A DNA stretch of 47,582 nt from Chromera velia (lineage: Eukaryota). The stretch is from assembly GCA_018398765.1 (NCBI GenBank), contig JAHBMJ010000437.1, forward strand, positions 1 through 47,582, written 5' to 3'. The first letter of the stretch is position 1, and each line of letters begins with the position of its first letter. The position numbers were made by a program, and so were the translations under genes. This document shows positions 25,501 through 37,772 of this stretch, piece after piece. The notes below the pieces were generated by a model. It had not been told where the DNA came from and made no database searches. It saw only the letters and a list, made by a program, of their open reading frames with translations.

Positions 25501-25644
25501 GTGTATAGTTCCTCTACCAACGTCTCCCCGCAGCCCCTCTCTGGGACCCTCTCCACAAGACCCCCCCCGTCGTCCACTTCCCCGCCCTATCGGTCGGGTG
25601 CAGAACGGATCAGAGAGACGCCAAGCGGCGGCTTCCATCAGTAG
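19402..25644 (+). CDS. Multi-exon protein: putative TerD-like N-terminal domain, coiled coil, long Pro/Gly/Ser low-complexity tail
   Basis: Phase-consistent exons: 19402-~19590 (donor uncertain), 19780-19830, 19969-20097, 20314-20657, 20925-21233, 21542-21574, 22065-22115, 22428-22481 and 22690-25644. Motifs LDLPPEASKIFVYVT and TIVVCQAVR...WRLSSAV are TerD-like by eye. Confidence 0.7.
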
Positions 25645-26559
25645 CCACGTGTATGCAACACACAGGCCTGTGCCCTCCCATACGATTCCAAGCGTCGGAG
25701 CGTCGATGCGAGTGCGCTGGAGCTCTTCCGTGCCTCGTACCACCCCTGTGCGGACGTGGTCTGGAGACGGGGGGTCATCGGCTTGTTGTAACTGAAATTT
25801 GACATGCAGCATAAAAAATTAAAAGACAAACTTTATCAAAATGAAATATTCAAAAAGTATAAAGAGTTAAGACTTGAAGCAAACAATGTTTAGGGCGGCC
25901 TGCGAAGCCCCCGGCCAAACCGAGTAAAAAATGGGCGGCCCGTGAAGCCTGCAGTCGACTGCATCGCCGACGCACCCCGCTTCGTGTTCGCGAAATTCTT
26001 ATTCCAGGCCTACGGAGGCTGGTCCGTTGAATCGCTTGTGATGCTACGCTGGCACTTCCCCCCTTAAGAGGTGTTTTTCCCGCGATCGCCGGCTTGGGGG
26101 CCGTGCGCAGGAAAGCGTACATCGATCAGAGCACCCAATTAGGGTTAGTATTGAATATCTGACCATGCCGCGTGGTAGGCTTTGCTCTGCTTGAGCCTAA
26201 TGGGAGCACAGACCTTTCACTTCGCACCAACCAGCCGGGTGACGCGCCGTGCTCTCGTAAAGAACCTCTCCCAATCTCCAGTCACTTATCGTTTATGGCT
26301 CTTAGCACCTGACACCCTTATGAAGCATGTCCGATTGTCTTTCAATCAAGGTCAGTCAATCACTTGTCGTGACCAGACTGAATAGCCAGGCTGCCACCAG
26401 CTGTACACAGCTGCATGATACTACCAACAGGAGCCACAGCGTCAGTCTTTACACTTATCAAAATCCACGTATAGTAGCTTGTAGATCACATTCATGTGCT
26501 TTTCGCGTTCTTCTCTTGTTTCTCGCAGACAGAGCTGCATGATCTCATACATTTGTAGC

Positions 26560-28930
26560 TGGTGGTGGAGCTCTACATTTTTTTCTCCCTGTTTTCTCCA
26601 TTTCCCCTACGTTTTAATGTTCACAGGTTTATCCGTATGGTCTCCGGGAGGGGAGTCGGGCGATATCTGGTTGTGCGAGTCCATGAACGTCCTGGTCCCT
26701 CCATTCTCTTGGATCACGCTTCTCTTCAGTAAGTTTACAAACCTGGTGGGATGAGAAATGATATACAGGTTTTGGAGAAGCTGTTGGATCTCTGCATTCT
26801 TTTTGAGAAAAGGGAGGAGGTCGCGTAAACTGAATGTGTATCTCAGGTCGTCCGAGTCGACTTTCAGTGGGTGCAATAAGAAACCGAGTGCCTTTTCTAT
26901 CCTTCTGCGCAATTCATCTTCAAAGTCCTTCCTAATGATCTCGAGACGGTTGTCCTAGATCAATATTCTTTTCCCTCTACTGGGCTTCCTAAACCAGCAG
27001 TACATTGTGTGATCCGTCATAATTCCCAGGGATCAACGTGTGTGTCTCTGTTGTTGATAGATTTCCACGTGTGGGATTGCATGGGGGTTGGAATGTACAC
27101 AATGTTCAGGTGTCTGTGCACATTAGAAAAAACACCTCCATTTAGGGTCAAAAGGTCTTTGAGCGGAAGAAGTGCTAAAGGCAGCCCGTTATCGTAGTCT
27201 AAAGCATCTATGCAGTAAGTGGTCTACTTCGAAGTCAACTGGCTTGGCAGTAGTGTAGCTTGGCATCTTGTTCCGCAGCGCGTTTGTGACTGCCTCTTTC
27301 TCCATCATTTTGCTCCACAGCGCATTTATGCATGACTACCTCTTTCTCCGTCAGGTCAAGTTTGGACATACTAGAAGTACGCTAGTCTGGCTGCTCATCT
27401 TCAGATACCCGATGCAGCAGACAATATATGCCTCTCCTGTTAATGAGGTAGGATAATTTCTGCTGCAGCAATGAGTCGCTTTCTTGCGACACGTACTCAC
27501 ACAGTATCTCTTCTTTTCTCTGCCACAGTTAGTCAATCGGAGACGGCGTTACGGTTGCATTATATTGCGTTGTTCATGATAACCGGTAAGCCAAGCTCCT
27601 CAGTCCAGGTCCCAATTAGGCTTTTCACACTCTTGCGTGGCCGTGTTAGAATGAATTCAATTTTTTTTTTGCGGTCGGCTGGCGGTATGGCCAAGACCGG
27701 GTCAGACTTCCAGCTGCTCTCCACTTTTGTTTCAGTTTGTTCTTAGAATACCGATGACACTAGGCTTCTTGGTGTTGTGTTTCTTATTTGTTCAATAAGG
27801 GAAAACTATCCGAGATGAAATGCTGACGTCGCTTTATCTAGACCTCTGCTGGCAGCGTTGTCGCCAAGAAAAGGCAATTCATTTTTGCTTTCGACCAATT
27901 CAGCTGCTGCGATTATGTTTTAAATTTTTCGTAAACCTCATGGCCCCTTCTTTCTCGACTCAGGATTGAAGCTTCTTCAGTCAGACTCTGAAAGACATTG
28001 TCAAGCGCGTCCGCTTCAAAAGAACCGACTACTTGTTCCATTATATAGACGTGGTGATATCTTTCGAATCCCTTCTCTGTTTTTCCTTCAGGTGGCACTT
28101 CAGGCTGTTTCGTTGCGGCGACCGCCAACGAAGGCCCACATTTTGTCGCCAGTGGGTGTGTCATGATCGTTTTCCCTACTGGACAGTAAAAGGTCTGACA
28201 TTGCTTCGTTCTCCTCTCTTTCTCTGACAAGAATCTGTGTTAAAAGAAATTTCTCACAAAACGTCAGCGGCTCTGGATAGAAAGGCATTCGAGTCATCAC
28301 TGGTGTTTGTCTGAATTTCTGTATCTTATGTAGATAGTTTAATTTTTGGTTTACGTTCCTGCATCCATAGTAAGAGAGACAGTCGGTGACAGAGAGAGTC
28401 TGAGAAGGTCGTCAGTGTCTGTTCCTGTATTGGCTGTTGTCAATCTCCTGTCCTCACCTTGAGGTGACGTCTTTGTCTGGCAGCTTTCTGTTTTTTGTTT
28501 TCTTCCCTCTATAAACTATGTTGCTGGTGTAGTGAAAAGTGACCACCGAAGTGGCCTCAATGTTGTCCTTTGCTGGCACTGCAGGAGCACAGTGACTATA
28601 CCCTGACCGTGGTGGCGCTTTACGTAGAAGAGGCTCCAAGGGTCGCCTGTCATTCCTGGAGAAAACGATCGTAACTGTCTCGCCTATTGGCTCGGGAGGA
28701 CAAACCCAGGGAGCCAGAGGAGCTGGAGCTTGTTCAGTCTGCTGCTGTTCCTGCAGAAATTGCGAAAGATTGCGAAAGCATATCCTGCACTCGCTGTAGA
28801 ACCTCATCTTTGAGGTCAGCCATCTGCTTTTGCATATGGACCATATTATAATTTTGGTTTTCAAGCAGCTGGACCAGTCTCTGGTTTTTTTTGCAAAGCT
28901 CTTTCTTGAGGTCTTCATGCCTCTGCGGAC
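26560..28930 (-). pseudogene. Long decayed intronless coding region of unknown identity (possibly TE-derived)
   Basis: A chain of protein-like minus-strand fragments (26607..26912, 27913..28230, and a coiled-coil-like EDLKKELCKKNQRLVQLLENQ near 28900) separated by stops and frameshifts. Confidence 0.4.
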
Positions 28931-29114
28931 ACGATCAAAGATGTTGGTTAAAATATCTGAAGTCCTTATACTGTTTGCTACAGTGTTAGCATACGCTGAA
29001 CTGGGCTAACGGAGTTGTCGCAATCGCCACTGCTGCTGCACTTATCGTTTTATTCCTTTTTTTCTCGCTCCGTCATGTCTTTAGATCAGAAATGCATGTA
29101 CAGGGCCTCAGCTT

Positions 29115-29560
29115 GTAGATCCGCCCCCCCTGCTATATAGATCTTCCAACGACCTTTGCTAAACGCCCCCAGGCCTCCGGCCTGCCACACAGATCTTCCG
29201 AAGACCCTTGTCAGATCCCTTTGAGACCCGCCCCCCCTGCCGCACAAATCTTCCGAAGACCCCTTTGAAACCTGCCCCTATCCGCCCCCCCTGCAGCACG
29301 GCTTCCGAAGATCCACTTCAGACCCGCCACTCCTGTTGCACAAATCTTCTGAAGACCCCTGTCAGAGCCTTTTGAGACCCGCCCTCCCTGCCACACAAAT
29401 CTTCTAAAGACCCCCGCCAGACCTCTTTGAGACCCGTCCCCCCTGCCGCACGGCTTCTGAAGACCCACTTCAGACCCGCCCCTCCTGCACATCTTCCGAA
29501 GACCCCTGCCAGCTAGACCCCTTCGAGACTTGCCCTCCCTGCCGCATAGATCTTCCAAAG
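29115..29560. repeat. Degenerate GC-rich minisatellite (~38-53-bp units)
   Basis: Recurrent atcttccgaagacccc...gagacccgcccccctgccgcaca units. Confidence 0.85.
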
Positions 29561-30149
29561 CTAGGAAAGACAAATCTATCCCAAACGGTCTCCAACATCA
29601 AAACGGTCTCCAAAATTACCATAGCTATCAAGCATTTCTAGGTACTAAACCATCATCAAAAACTTAAAACAAAGAGTTTTAAACGGTTTAAGAGTGTGAT
29701 TAAATATTTTTTAAATCGTAGTTAGTGAAATAATTATATATAAACTTGATTTATGATAACTGTATATATATTTAAATTTCAATTTATCATTTTAACTTTT
29801 TTAGTAAGTTTTTAATTCTTTAAAATATTCTCTTTACAATAAATCTTAAGGTTTTAACAGAAAGATTGAAAACATGTGAAACGTAGTGTAGAGCTTTTAT
29901 GAACATCACAATTGATGCTATTATTAATATGTTAGACTGTATGACTACAAATCATGAGTAGAACGCTCATAACAATGGCCGTGAGCTTAAAACACTGTTT
30001 TAGCGTAACACCGCAACAACCAAACAATGAAGTTGTTTGACTCAGATAACAAATTTTTTATGCCGCCGAAACAATGATCAACACTTTAAAATTGGCTTCC
30101 AGTGCACGTAACCTGTCAGTGAAGGTCTGTGTGTATGTGGATCTACCAG

Positions 30150-30660
30150 TACGCACACACGCGCGCGTGTGCACACACACACACATACACACATATATAC
30201 ACACACACATACACACACATAAGGGGAACAGGCCGGGGGGAAAGGGGAAACGGGAGGATCATAAGCCATCAGAGAAAACTTGGGTATGAAGAAGAGACCG
30301 AAAGGTAGAAGGAGAACGAGTACATGCACCTCAGATACATGCACACATACAGAAACGCGGACTCAGACATTACATTGTCAAACTGACTCACAGAAAAGCA
30401 ACAACACGCATTTATTCTTTCTGAAAGAGGTAAACGTCATAAACCTTAAGAAAGAAAAGGATGGAAAGACTGTGTTGCGTTGCGTGCACACCTTTATATA
30501 CTCATACATGCACGCACGCACACACACATACACACACACACACATACATATACATACACATACATATATATATATATACATATACACACACACACATACA
30601 CAGAGACACATACACATACGCTACACCTAGTGTTGTACACACCTAGATATACACACGTGC
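30150..30660. repeat. (CA)n/(TA)n microsatellite tracts
   Basis: Directly visible at ~30150-30220 and ~30510-30660. Confidence 0.9.
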
Positions 30661-31104
30661 AGAGACGGAGAAAGACTCAAAAAAGAAAGCAAAATGGTCA
30701 ACAAAAAGGCAGCTTAGAGCTCCAGAGCCTGGCAGACTAAGTATAAGCTACTGAAACAAAGGCTAAGCTCTGAACCGACCTTCTATAGGGGCTGTTTGGG
30801 GTGGACCCAAGTCTCTCCACACACTTCAAAATGGACTTAACTACATTCATATTCAGAAGACACACATATAAAAAAGAGTCCATAGATATATCAAGAACAG
30901 AAATAGGTAGATAGGAAAAGAATTAAAGGCTTAGAAAACGAATTCAAAAGCCTTAGGTTTTATAACAATTTAGCTGTTTTTTTTTGTATGTGCACAAGTA
31001 GAGAACACGAGGCGCGGAAGGCGCAACCCTGATGCCTGACCCAAGGTGGCCTACAATAGAGCAGATTAAGAACAAAAAAAGAACACGTAGCATAAATTTA
31101 TACA

Positions 31105-31660
31105 AGATGAATGCTGTCCCGAATACCTTTCATCCAAAAAATGTGTCTTTTCTGTGATGCGAAAGAAAAAAAAATCCTTCGTATTTTCACTGAAGGAGAA
31201 TTCAGGGCTAAATTCTCCCTCGGGTGAAACGGCTCAAAGTGCTGCACATTGAGAGCTGCGAGAAGAGAAAGAGAGCAGTTGGCACGATTTCAATCAAAAT
31301 GAATGTTGTCTTAAACACCTTTCATCTAAAGAACATCTCCTTTCTATGGTGCAAAAGAAAAAAAAATCCTTCACATTTTGACCGAGGGAGAATTCAGGGC
31401 TAAATTCTCCCTCGGACGATATTTCCTTGACATACCCGGAGAGGGAGAATTCAACCTTGAATTCTCCCTCGGTGACAACAAAAAAATTTTTTTGTCGAGG
31501 GAGCAAAAAGAAGATGACTTATTTTGGTAAAAGAAGCCAGAAAAAACACTAAAAAAAATTCTCTCTCCAAAAAAAATTTTTCCACATACTCATCAAAGGA
31601 GAATTCAGCCCTGAATTCTCCCTCGCCAAATATTTTTTTCACATAGTCCGAGAGGGAGAA
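31105..31660. repeat. Cluster of four related palindromic hairpins within a ~120-bp diverged direct repeat
   Basis: gagggagaattca-N4-tRaattctccctc at ~31195-31223, 31382-31415, 31441-31470 and 31598-31624. Confidence 0.85.
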
Positions 31661-34600
31661 GCGGAATACAAAGTGTGGAATGGGCCTAAAAGAACAGTGC
31701 AGCCTCCACCGACACCCTTCGCGAAGCTAGGCAATCTACTTTTTATACCTTAACTCCCCACCGATTTCTCCTACCAACCTCTTCGAGTCTCCGGATTGTC
31801 TCTGTCCTTCCCGGTGAACACCGCCCACCCCGGCTACTTATGACACCGCCGGCCCCGGCCTAGGCCCCGGCCCTACTCCTTTGTGACGCCGCCAGCTTGG
31901 GCCAGGCTAGGCCCCGATTGACCCCGGCTTCCTTTGCCAGTCGCGGACGTTCATTTACTCGGCCCAAACATCTCACCGCTCCCTCCAGCTGGCGTCCCTC
32001 TGGCAGTCTCTGCTCCCTCTGATTTCTCCCTCTGACGCCGCCGGCCCTGGGCCTGGCCCAGGCCGCGGCATGCCGTGGCACCGGGCCCGGCCCCTGCCCC
32101 TTAGCGGCCCCTGTCCCCGTCCTTGCCCCCGCCTCCGTTGATGAACGTCCCTCCGGCCCCACCAGCACTCCGGTCTGCTCACTCCCTTGATTTGCCCTCT
32201 CCTTCTCACTCCTTTGCCCCCCTTTCTGCCTTCTATCTCCACCGGGATCCATACATCAGGGCCAGGGCTGGTGCCGGCGTGCAGTCTCAAAGATAGAAAG
32301 CAGACCTAAATACAAGCAGACAAGCAGCACATTCAAAGGGAGACAAACGGAAAGCAATGACAAGTATCCTTCTCCTCATCCCATTAATTGCCTCTTCCCA
32401 GGTTGCTATAACTTCTCTTCTTACTTTCTAGACCATACCTACTGGATGTCTCTGACTGATTTTCACTGACAGGCACGGGCGCAAAACGACGCGACTAACA
32501 AGGATTGAATGAAAACAAACCACTAACCCAGAGAGACGTAGTCATCACACGGAGCTCCAAATGTTGCTCCTCAACACGATCAAAGGAACGGAACCTGTAT
32601 TCAATCATATCCCCAAGAGGTAACAAAGCCAAAAACGATGGTTCAAGGTAAACATCTGCTCAATATACAGTGTATCATGCACTGACCCACACAGAGAGAC
32701 GGAACCGCACACTCACCAGAAGAATAACGAAAGCAACCCCAGCTCCTTAGCAAAGGCAAAAGGTGGTCCCACATCCTGTGTACAACCACCGAATAAGAAA
32801 AGGATGAAGTTTCATGGGAGGGTCTGAGGTGTATCATGCTCTGACCTGATGGAAGTTCATCAAAAAAATCTGTTTCATAGTTCTTTTTCTATGGTTACAA
32901 CGTCTTCTTACATAAAGTTTCAGCTTCTAACTCCTTACCAATTATGAGAAAGAGCTTTTTCCGGAAAAGCGCCGGTCTCCTATGCAGAAGGGGGGGCAAA
33001 AAGCACCCTACTCGCCCTCGGCATGCGTATCAAATCTACTTCAAATCTGATCCTTTAACCTCAAATCTTCGAGATCAATCCGTCATTCAGTCTCTCAAAT
33101 GAGTCTTCGCACTTTTTTGTGAGGGAAAAAAAAAAAATGATCACAAAAAGATTTTTTTATAAGTTTCACATAAATATAAACGCCCAAAAGCTTTTAATTC
33201 CAAAGGTCTGTTCAGTGAAAAAGAGGTCATCCTAAACTCATCCAGTCTATTTTCTAGACATTCAAGTTTTGATTGAGGGTTTGAAGTGGTTTTTTGTTAT
33301 GCTGTAGCAGTTTTTATGCTTTTTTCTTAAATTGCCTTAGGCCTTTCTTGGGCTCCCCCCTATCAAACCGATCAACGATGTCAAACAATCCCACAGTGTA
33401 GTAACTTCCTGCTGCCTTGGCGGTAGCGACAGGACAGACAGAGAGTTAGACCAGAGATGAGGCCTAGACGGAGAGACGGATCTATAAATCTAGACGGATC
33501 TCTAGCTCAGTCTAAAGATCTCAGTCAGCTAAGGAATAGGATATGGATAGATCCTTAGCCATTTGTAGAGTTCAGAGGATTCATAGTTTAAAGCTGAAGT
33601 TGACTTGACTAGCTTGCTAAGAAAGGATAGACTCATGACCAGACAAACGGAACGAACGATCTCAGCAAGACGGCTGAGAGCGGATTAAATCTAACTGGTC
33701 CCCACGTGAACGCAAAGACAAGCTTTCCGGGGCCAGACAGACAGAACGCGGCGGCAGGTGATGGAAGCAAAGGCGGCATGCATGCGAGAAGGACCGAACA
33801 GCGGCAGCGGGGCGGCGCCGGGAGATAGGACACTACAACAGGTCATGCATAACAACAAGAAAATTCTAGTCTTAAATTAAGATGACTCTTTAGGATAACT
33901 CTAAGATACTAGCTAAGATAAAAACTTATGTAACTTCTTAGCTTTAACAATAGTTTATTATAATTTTGAGAGTCTTAATTTAGCTTTTAGTATAGTTTTT
34001 AGTGATTTTCTTGTCTCTAAAGCTTTCTAGAATTTGCTAGTGGTGTTGACTGTGTCATGTCGTCTTCAGTGCTGTCGAGAGTGACCTCTAAACTTCAACC
34101 TCAAATCTACCTCAAATCTGGTCAGATTTGAGCTCTAGTTTAAGTTTGAAGCTCAAATCAAATTAAATCAAATCAAATCCTATCAAATCCTGGTCACTAC
34201 GCGATTGCGCATGTTTAACGCGAACTGATGGAGATGCTAGTAGAGATGCTCAGTAATCTGCCGATCCAAACCAAGCAGGTCAGCATTTTTATTCTATAAG
34301 AGAGACTCCAGAGTACCCCCCGTTTCAAAAATCCGGTGCGCATCCTGCACCAGTTTTTGAAGACCGCAAAGTCCCGCTAGCACTGAAAGAGATGCTAGTG
34401 GGGCAATGGTATTAAAGTCTAAGTTTTCCATAAGCTGGCAGCGCGCTAGGACTGCAGTTTGCATACGGACCTGCAAACGGGACTCGGTGATACGTTCCAA
34501 GAGCCGTTCAAATCGAAAACAGACGGAAAAGAAGGGGCAGCAGTGGAGAATGCTTGGAGCTTGGAGAGCTAACTGCTACTATGTACCTACGTGTACTAGG

Positions 34601-35769
34601 GTTTGCATACAATATAAAATGCCCGTAGCGTGGAGGCCACGCTCTAGTGCTGTACTAGGAAAAGGCTCAACTAAGTCTACCAAGGCATCATCTACTAAAC
34701 TGTCGTCTAGTGCATCTAGTAGGCTTATTGAAGCCTCGATCACTTGCGTACTAGCGCATACAAACGGAATAAGATGGAAAGGGATAATTAGACTGCTTGT
34801 CGGGCAGTGATGGCCGAGGAAGTTGGTGATGAGCGCTCGGACGGACGCAGGAAAAAATTGTGATTTCGGACACATTTGGTTTTTATTTTATATTCGAGTT
34901 GCGAACGAGTACGTATCTTTACGAACAGAATGCCCGTGGCCACTGGCATACATATACCGCTGCACACGGCGCTCCAATGCATGGAACCGCAGAAGCGTGT
35001 CCACATGACCACAAAAAGGTCTCAACTGATGGAAAAACTCGTTACCCCTAAAGTTCGGCCCGAGTTGGACAGGCCGGCTGAACGGACCTTCAGTACCGCC
35101 CCCATCACGGCTTACTAGCACCCCCAGGCCTCTTCTTTTGACCCTTCATAGAGCCTTCTGATCCCTTTTTTGGCTTACTTCTTGAGATCCCCCCAGCTTT
35201 CGAGCTGGCCTAGGAGCTGGCTATGCCCTTCTTCCCTCCTTCCCTCCGTTGCACCCTGCTGCACATAAGCACAGAGAGAGCAAGAGAGCGAGAAAGTCTT
35301 GCACTTACATGCCACCTATGGACTCGTCATCAGATCTCTATGGTAGAACAACATTGGCAGCAGCAGGCTCCAGAGAGAGGGACAGATAGGCAACCGTATC
35401 AGGCCGCTGCCACAATCCTTACCTGGTAGTCCTGCCTGAGCTGTCACCGTTCTTTAAGTGCTTAGCGTGCTTCCCTCTGCAGAGATACGACATGAAGAAC
35501 AACCGTAGCTGCTAACAATCAATATGGCAGGAAAAAACGCAAGGTCAAACTGGTATAATTTGTCAGGGAACATATCAACTCTTTTCCAGTATACACATAC
35601 CATGAGCATGCATACATATATTTTGATCAATAACATTATTACATGCATGAAAACACAGTCCCTGAAATATAAAGCAGAGCAAGCTGAGGTGACTAAGACG
35701 TTGTCCACCCTCACACAGAGGTGCACCTGAGACCAACAGACACCTGTAGATGGCATTGCAAGCCCGACT

Positions 35770-37685
35770 GAAGAGGAATGACAAGAGAAGACATGGAGAC
35801 GGCTCACGGAGGCGGTGTTGTTCTTTGTTTTACATAAGAGAAGGGAGCCAAAGAACGGGTCTGCCACTTTGTTCCTTATATTTTGGAATCTCAAAACTAT
35901 CTGCCGGTGCCTTTTGGTGTCTACTCTTTGTCAAAAAGGGGGGCATTGCATAAGGACCTAGCTAAGCCGCGCGGGGATGATGCAGAGGCATTTTGCGCGC
36001 ACGAGGCTCTCAATCTATTGATCACTGCCTTCCTTGCGGATGCCGTATATGTTTAACTTACTCCAACACAAATCGCTGATCGTGAGTCTCTGTTGTTTGA
36101 TCTATCTTTGTGGTCTATCCCAATGAAGACATTCATGGCTCAGTTTGTGATTCCTAGCAGAACACAACATAAGTTTGGAACGGGGATTCTCTGGCCAAAG
36201 AGGAAGACTTAGTCTTGGGGCTCTGATAGTTTGGTTGTGAGCAGGTGGGATATATTGAAATTTAGGCAGTTAGTTTCATATGCAAAGCACTGTTGGAAGG
36301 GGGTCTTTTCTTTTTTGCAAGGTTCTTAACGAACTCTTGAAATTTTTTGCACCACATTATGATTTGAATTCTGTTTTCCAGTTTTAAGAAATATTGGGTG
36401 ACTTCAACGTTGGGTTCGGACGGGTTACAGACAGGGCGTCGTCTATGTGTGCCCTACCGACTCATAGTACCGAGCTGGCTGATAGGTTCGGTTGCAATTG
36501 CGATGGATGATATCAAAGCGTACTTTCCGTCTTTACCCTGAGCCGACTTTTTGTCTTCTCTCGATGCTTTGGTTTATTTTCTTTCTTCTTCTTCCAGGCA
36601 TCGTTTTGCTATATTGAACTAACTGCCTAAATTTCAATATATCCCACCCGCTCACAACTAAACTATCAGAGCCTCAAGACTAAGTCTTCCTCTTTGGCCA
36701 GAGAATCCCCGTTTCAAACTTATGTTGTGTTCTGCTAGGAATCGCAAACTGAGCCATGAATGTCTTCATTGCTGTTTTTATGAAGAGTGCGGGCCCTGTT
36801 GTTGGGGAGGCGTGGCTTATAAGGTGTGTGAAGAAGAAATAAGAGGTTTTCCTCTCTACACACACAAATCATGCAGATGCTACCTGTGTTCCGTTGAGTT
36901 TGTTGTGTGATTTAATTAGAGTTGACTTTAATTCAAATACTATCTGGGTATTGGGGGAGAGGGTTGCTCAGGTGGAGGGATTCCCGCAAGGGAGTCCGTG
37001 TTCACCCGGGGGCGTGCGTTTTTATGCTGCATGGAAAGAATATCAGAAAGCACTTCTCCTGAATGTCACTTCATCGCAGTCCTCTAAGTGGTTCATGAGG
37101 CGCTACATGGATGATCGGACGTTGATGGCTCGTTGTATTGCTCCCAATTTTCTTGAGAACGATCCTTTTATGCTTTTACTACAGCGCTATGATTTCTACC
37201 ATGGTACATGTGTTTTGGAGAGACAGTATGGGAAGGAGGTTTTGGGTCTCTCTCTCTTCACTCTCGAGAGTGTCCCAGAAGTTGTTTTGTTCTCTCCAAA
37301 GAATCCAAATAGATCTATTTTCTCCCCTTTTGTTGATGGGTCCCTGGAAACTGCATATGGAAGTGACCTATCGTTACATTCTTCTGTTTATTTGCGTCCC
37401 CGTTTCGTTCATGGGAATGCGTGTGTGGTCAGCCGCTCTACGCGTTCAGGTCTGATATGCAGTCACGTTACAAGAATGCTTTTATCTGCAAATCTGCCCA
37501 CCTGTTTGATGGTAAGGGAGTTGTCATTAATGTTCGTTGAATTGCTGTCTTTGCGATGGTCTTTTAATTTTCTCAAGGAACAATATTTGCGTGTTTTGGT
37601 CCGTACGGCCAGCACAGATCTGATTGAAGAATGGTTGAATGAGGTTGCATTTCTGGAGCGCTTTAGGCCAACGATGTACTATTGA
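35770..37685 (+). pseudogene. Penelope-like element reverse transcriptase, degenerate, no endonuclease seen
   Basis: RT motifs in order: LWPKRK...KFRQLVSY (motifs 1-2, ~36190-36280), MDDIKAYFPSLP (motif A, 36503), QVEGFPQGSPCSP (B'), RRYMDD (C), and a C-terminal PRFVH...ELSLMFVELLSLRWSF like the PLE thumb extension. Stops and frameshifts occur upstream of 36894. Confidence 0.85.
36611..36773 (-). repeat. Inverted copy of 36121-~36275 inserted into the RT gene
   Basis: 36616-36771 is the near-identical reverse complement of 36121-36275. ttgct occurs at both junctions (36606-36610, 36769-36773). Confidence 0.9.
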
Positions 37686-37772
37686 ATATGTTTACATTTG
37701 TATCTTCCTTATTTTGATTCTTTTTATCCTATTGATCTTTGATCGAACGTCTCTTTTACTTAGCACACAGAG

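Noticed and set aside
26139..26152. ttagggttag as a telomeric repeat
   Set aside because: Fewer than two units, which is expected by chance.
26850..27010. ELRRRIEKALGFLLHPL as a GIY-YIG C-terminal motif
   Set aside because: No GIY/YIG strands or catalytic Arg at the expected spacing.
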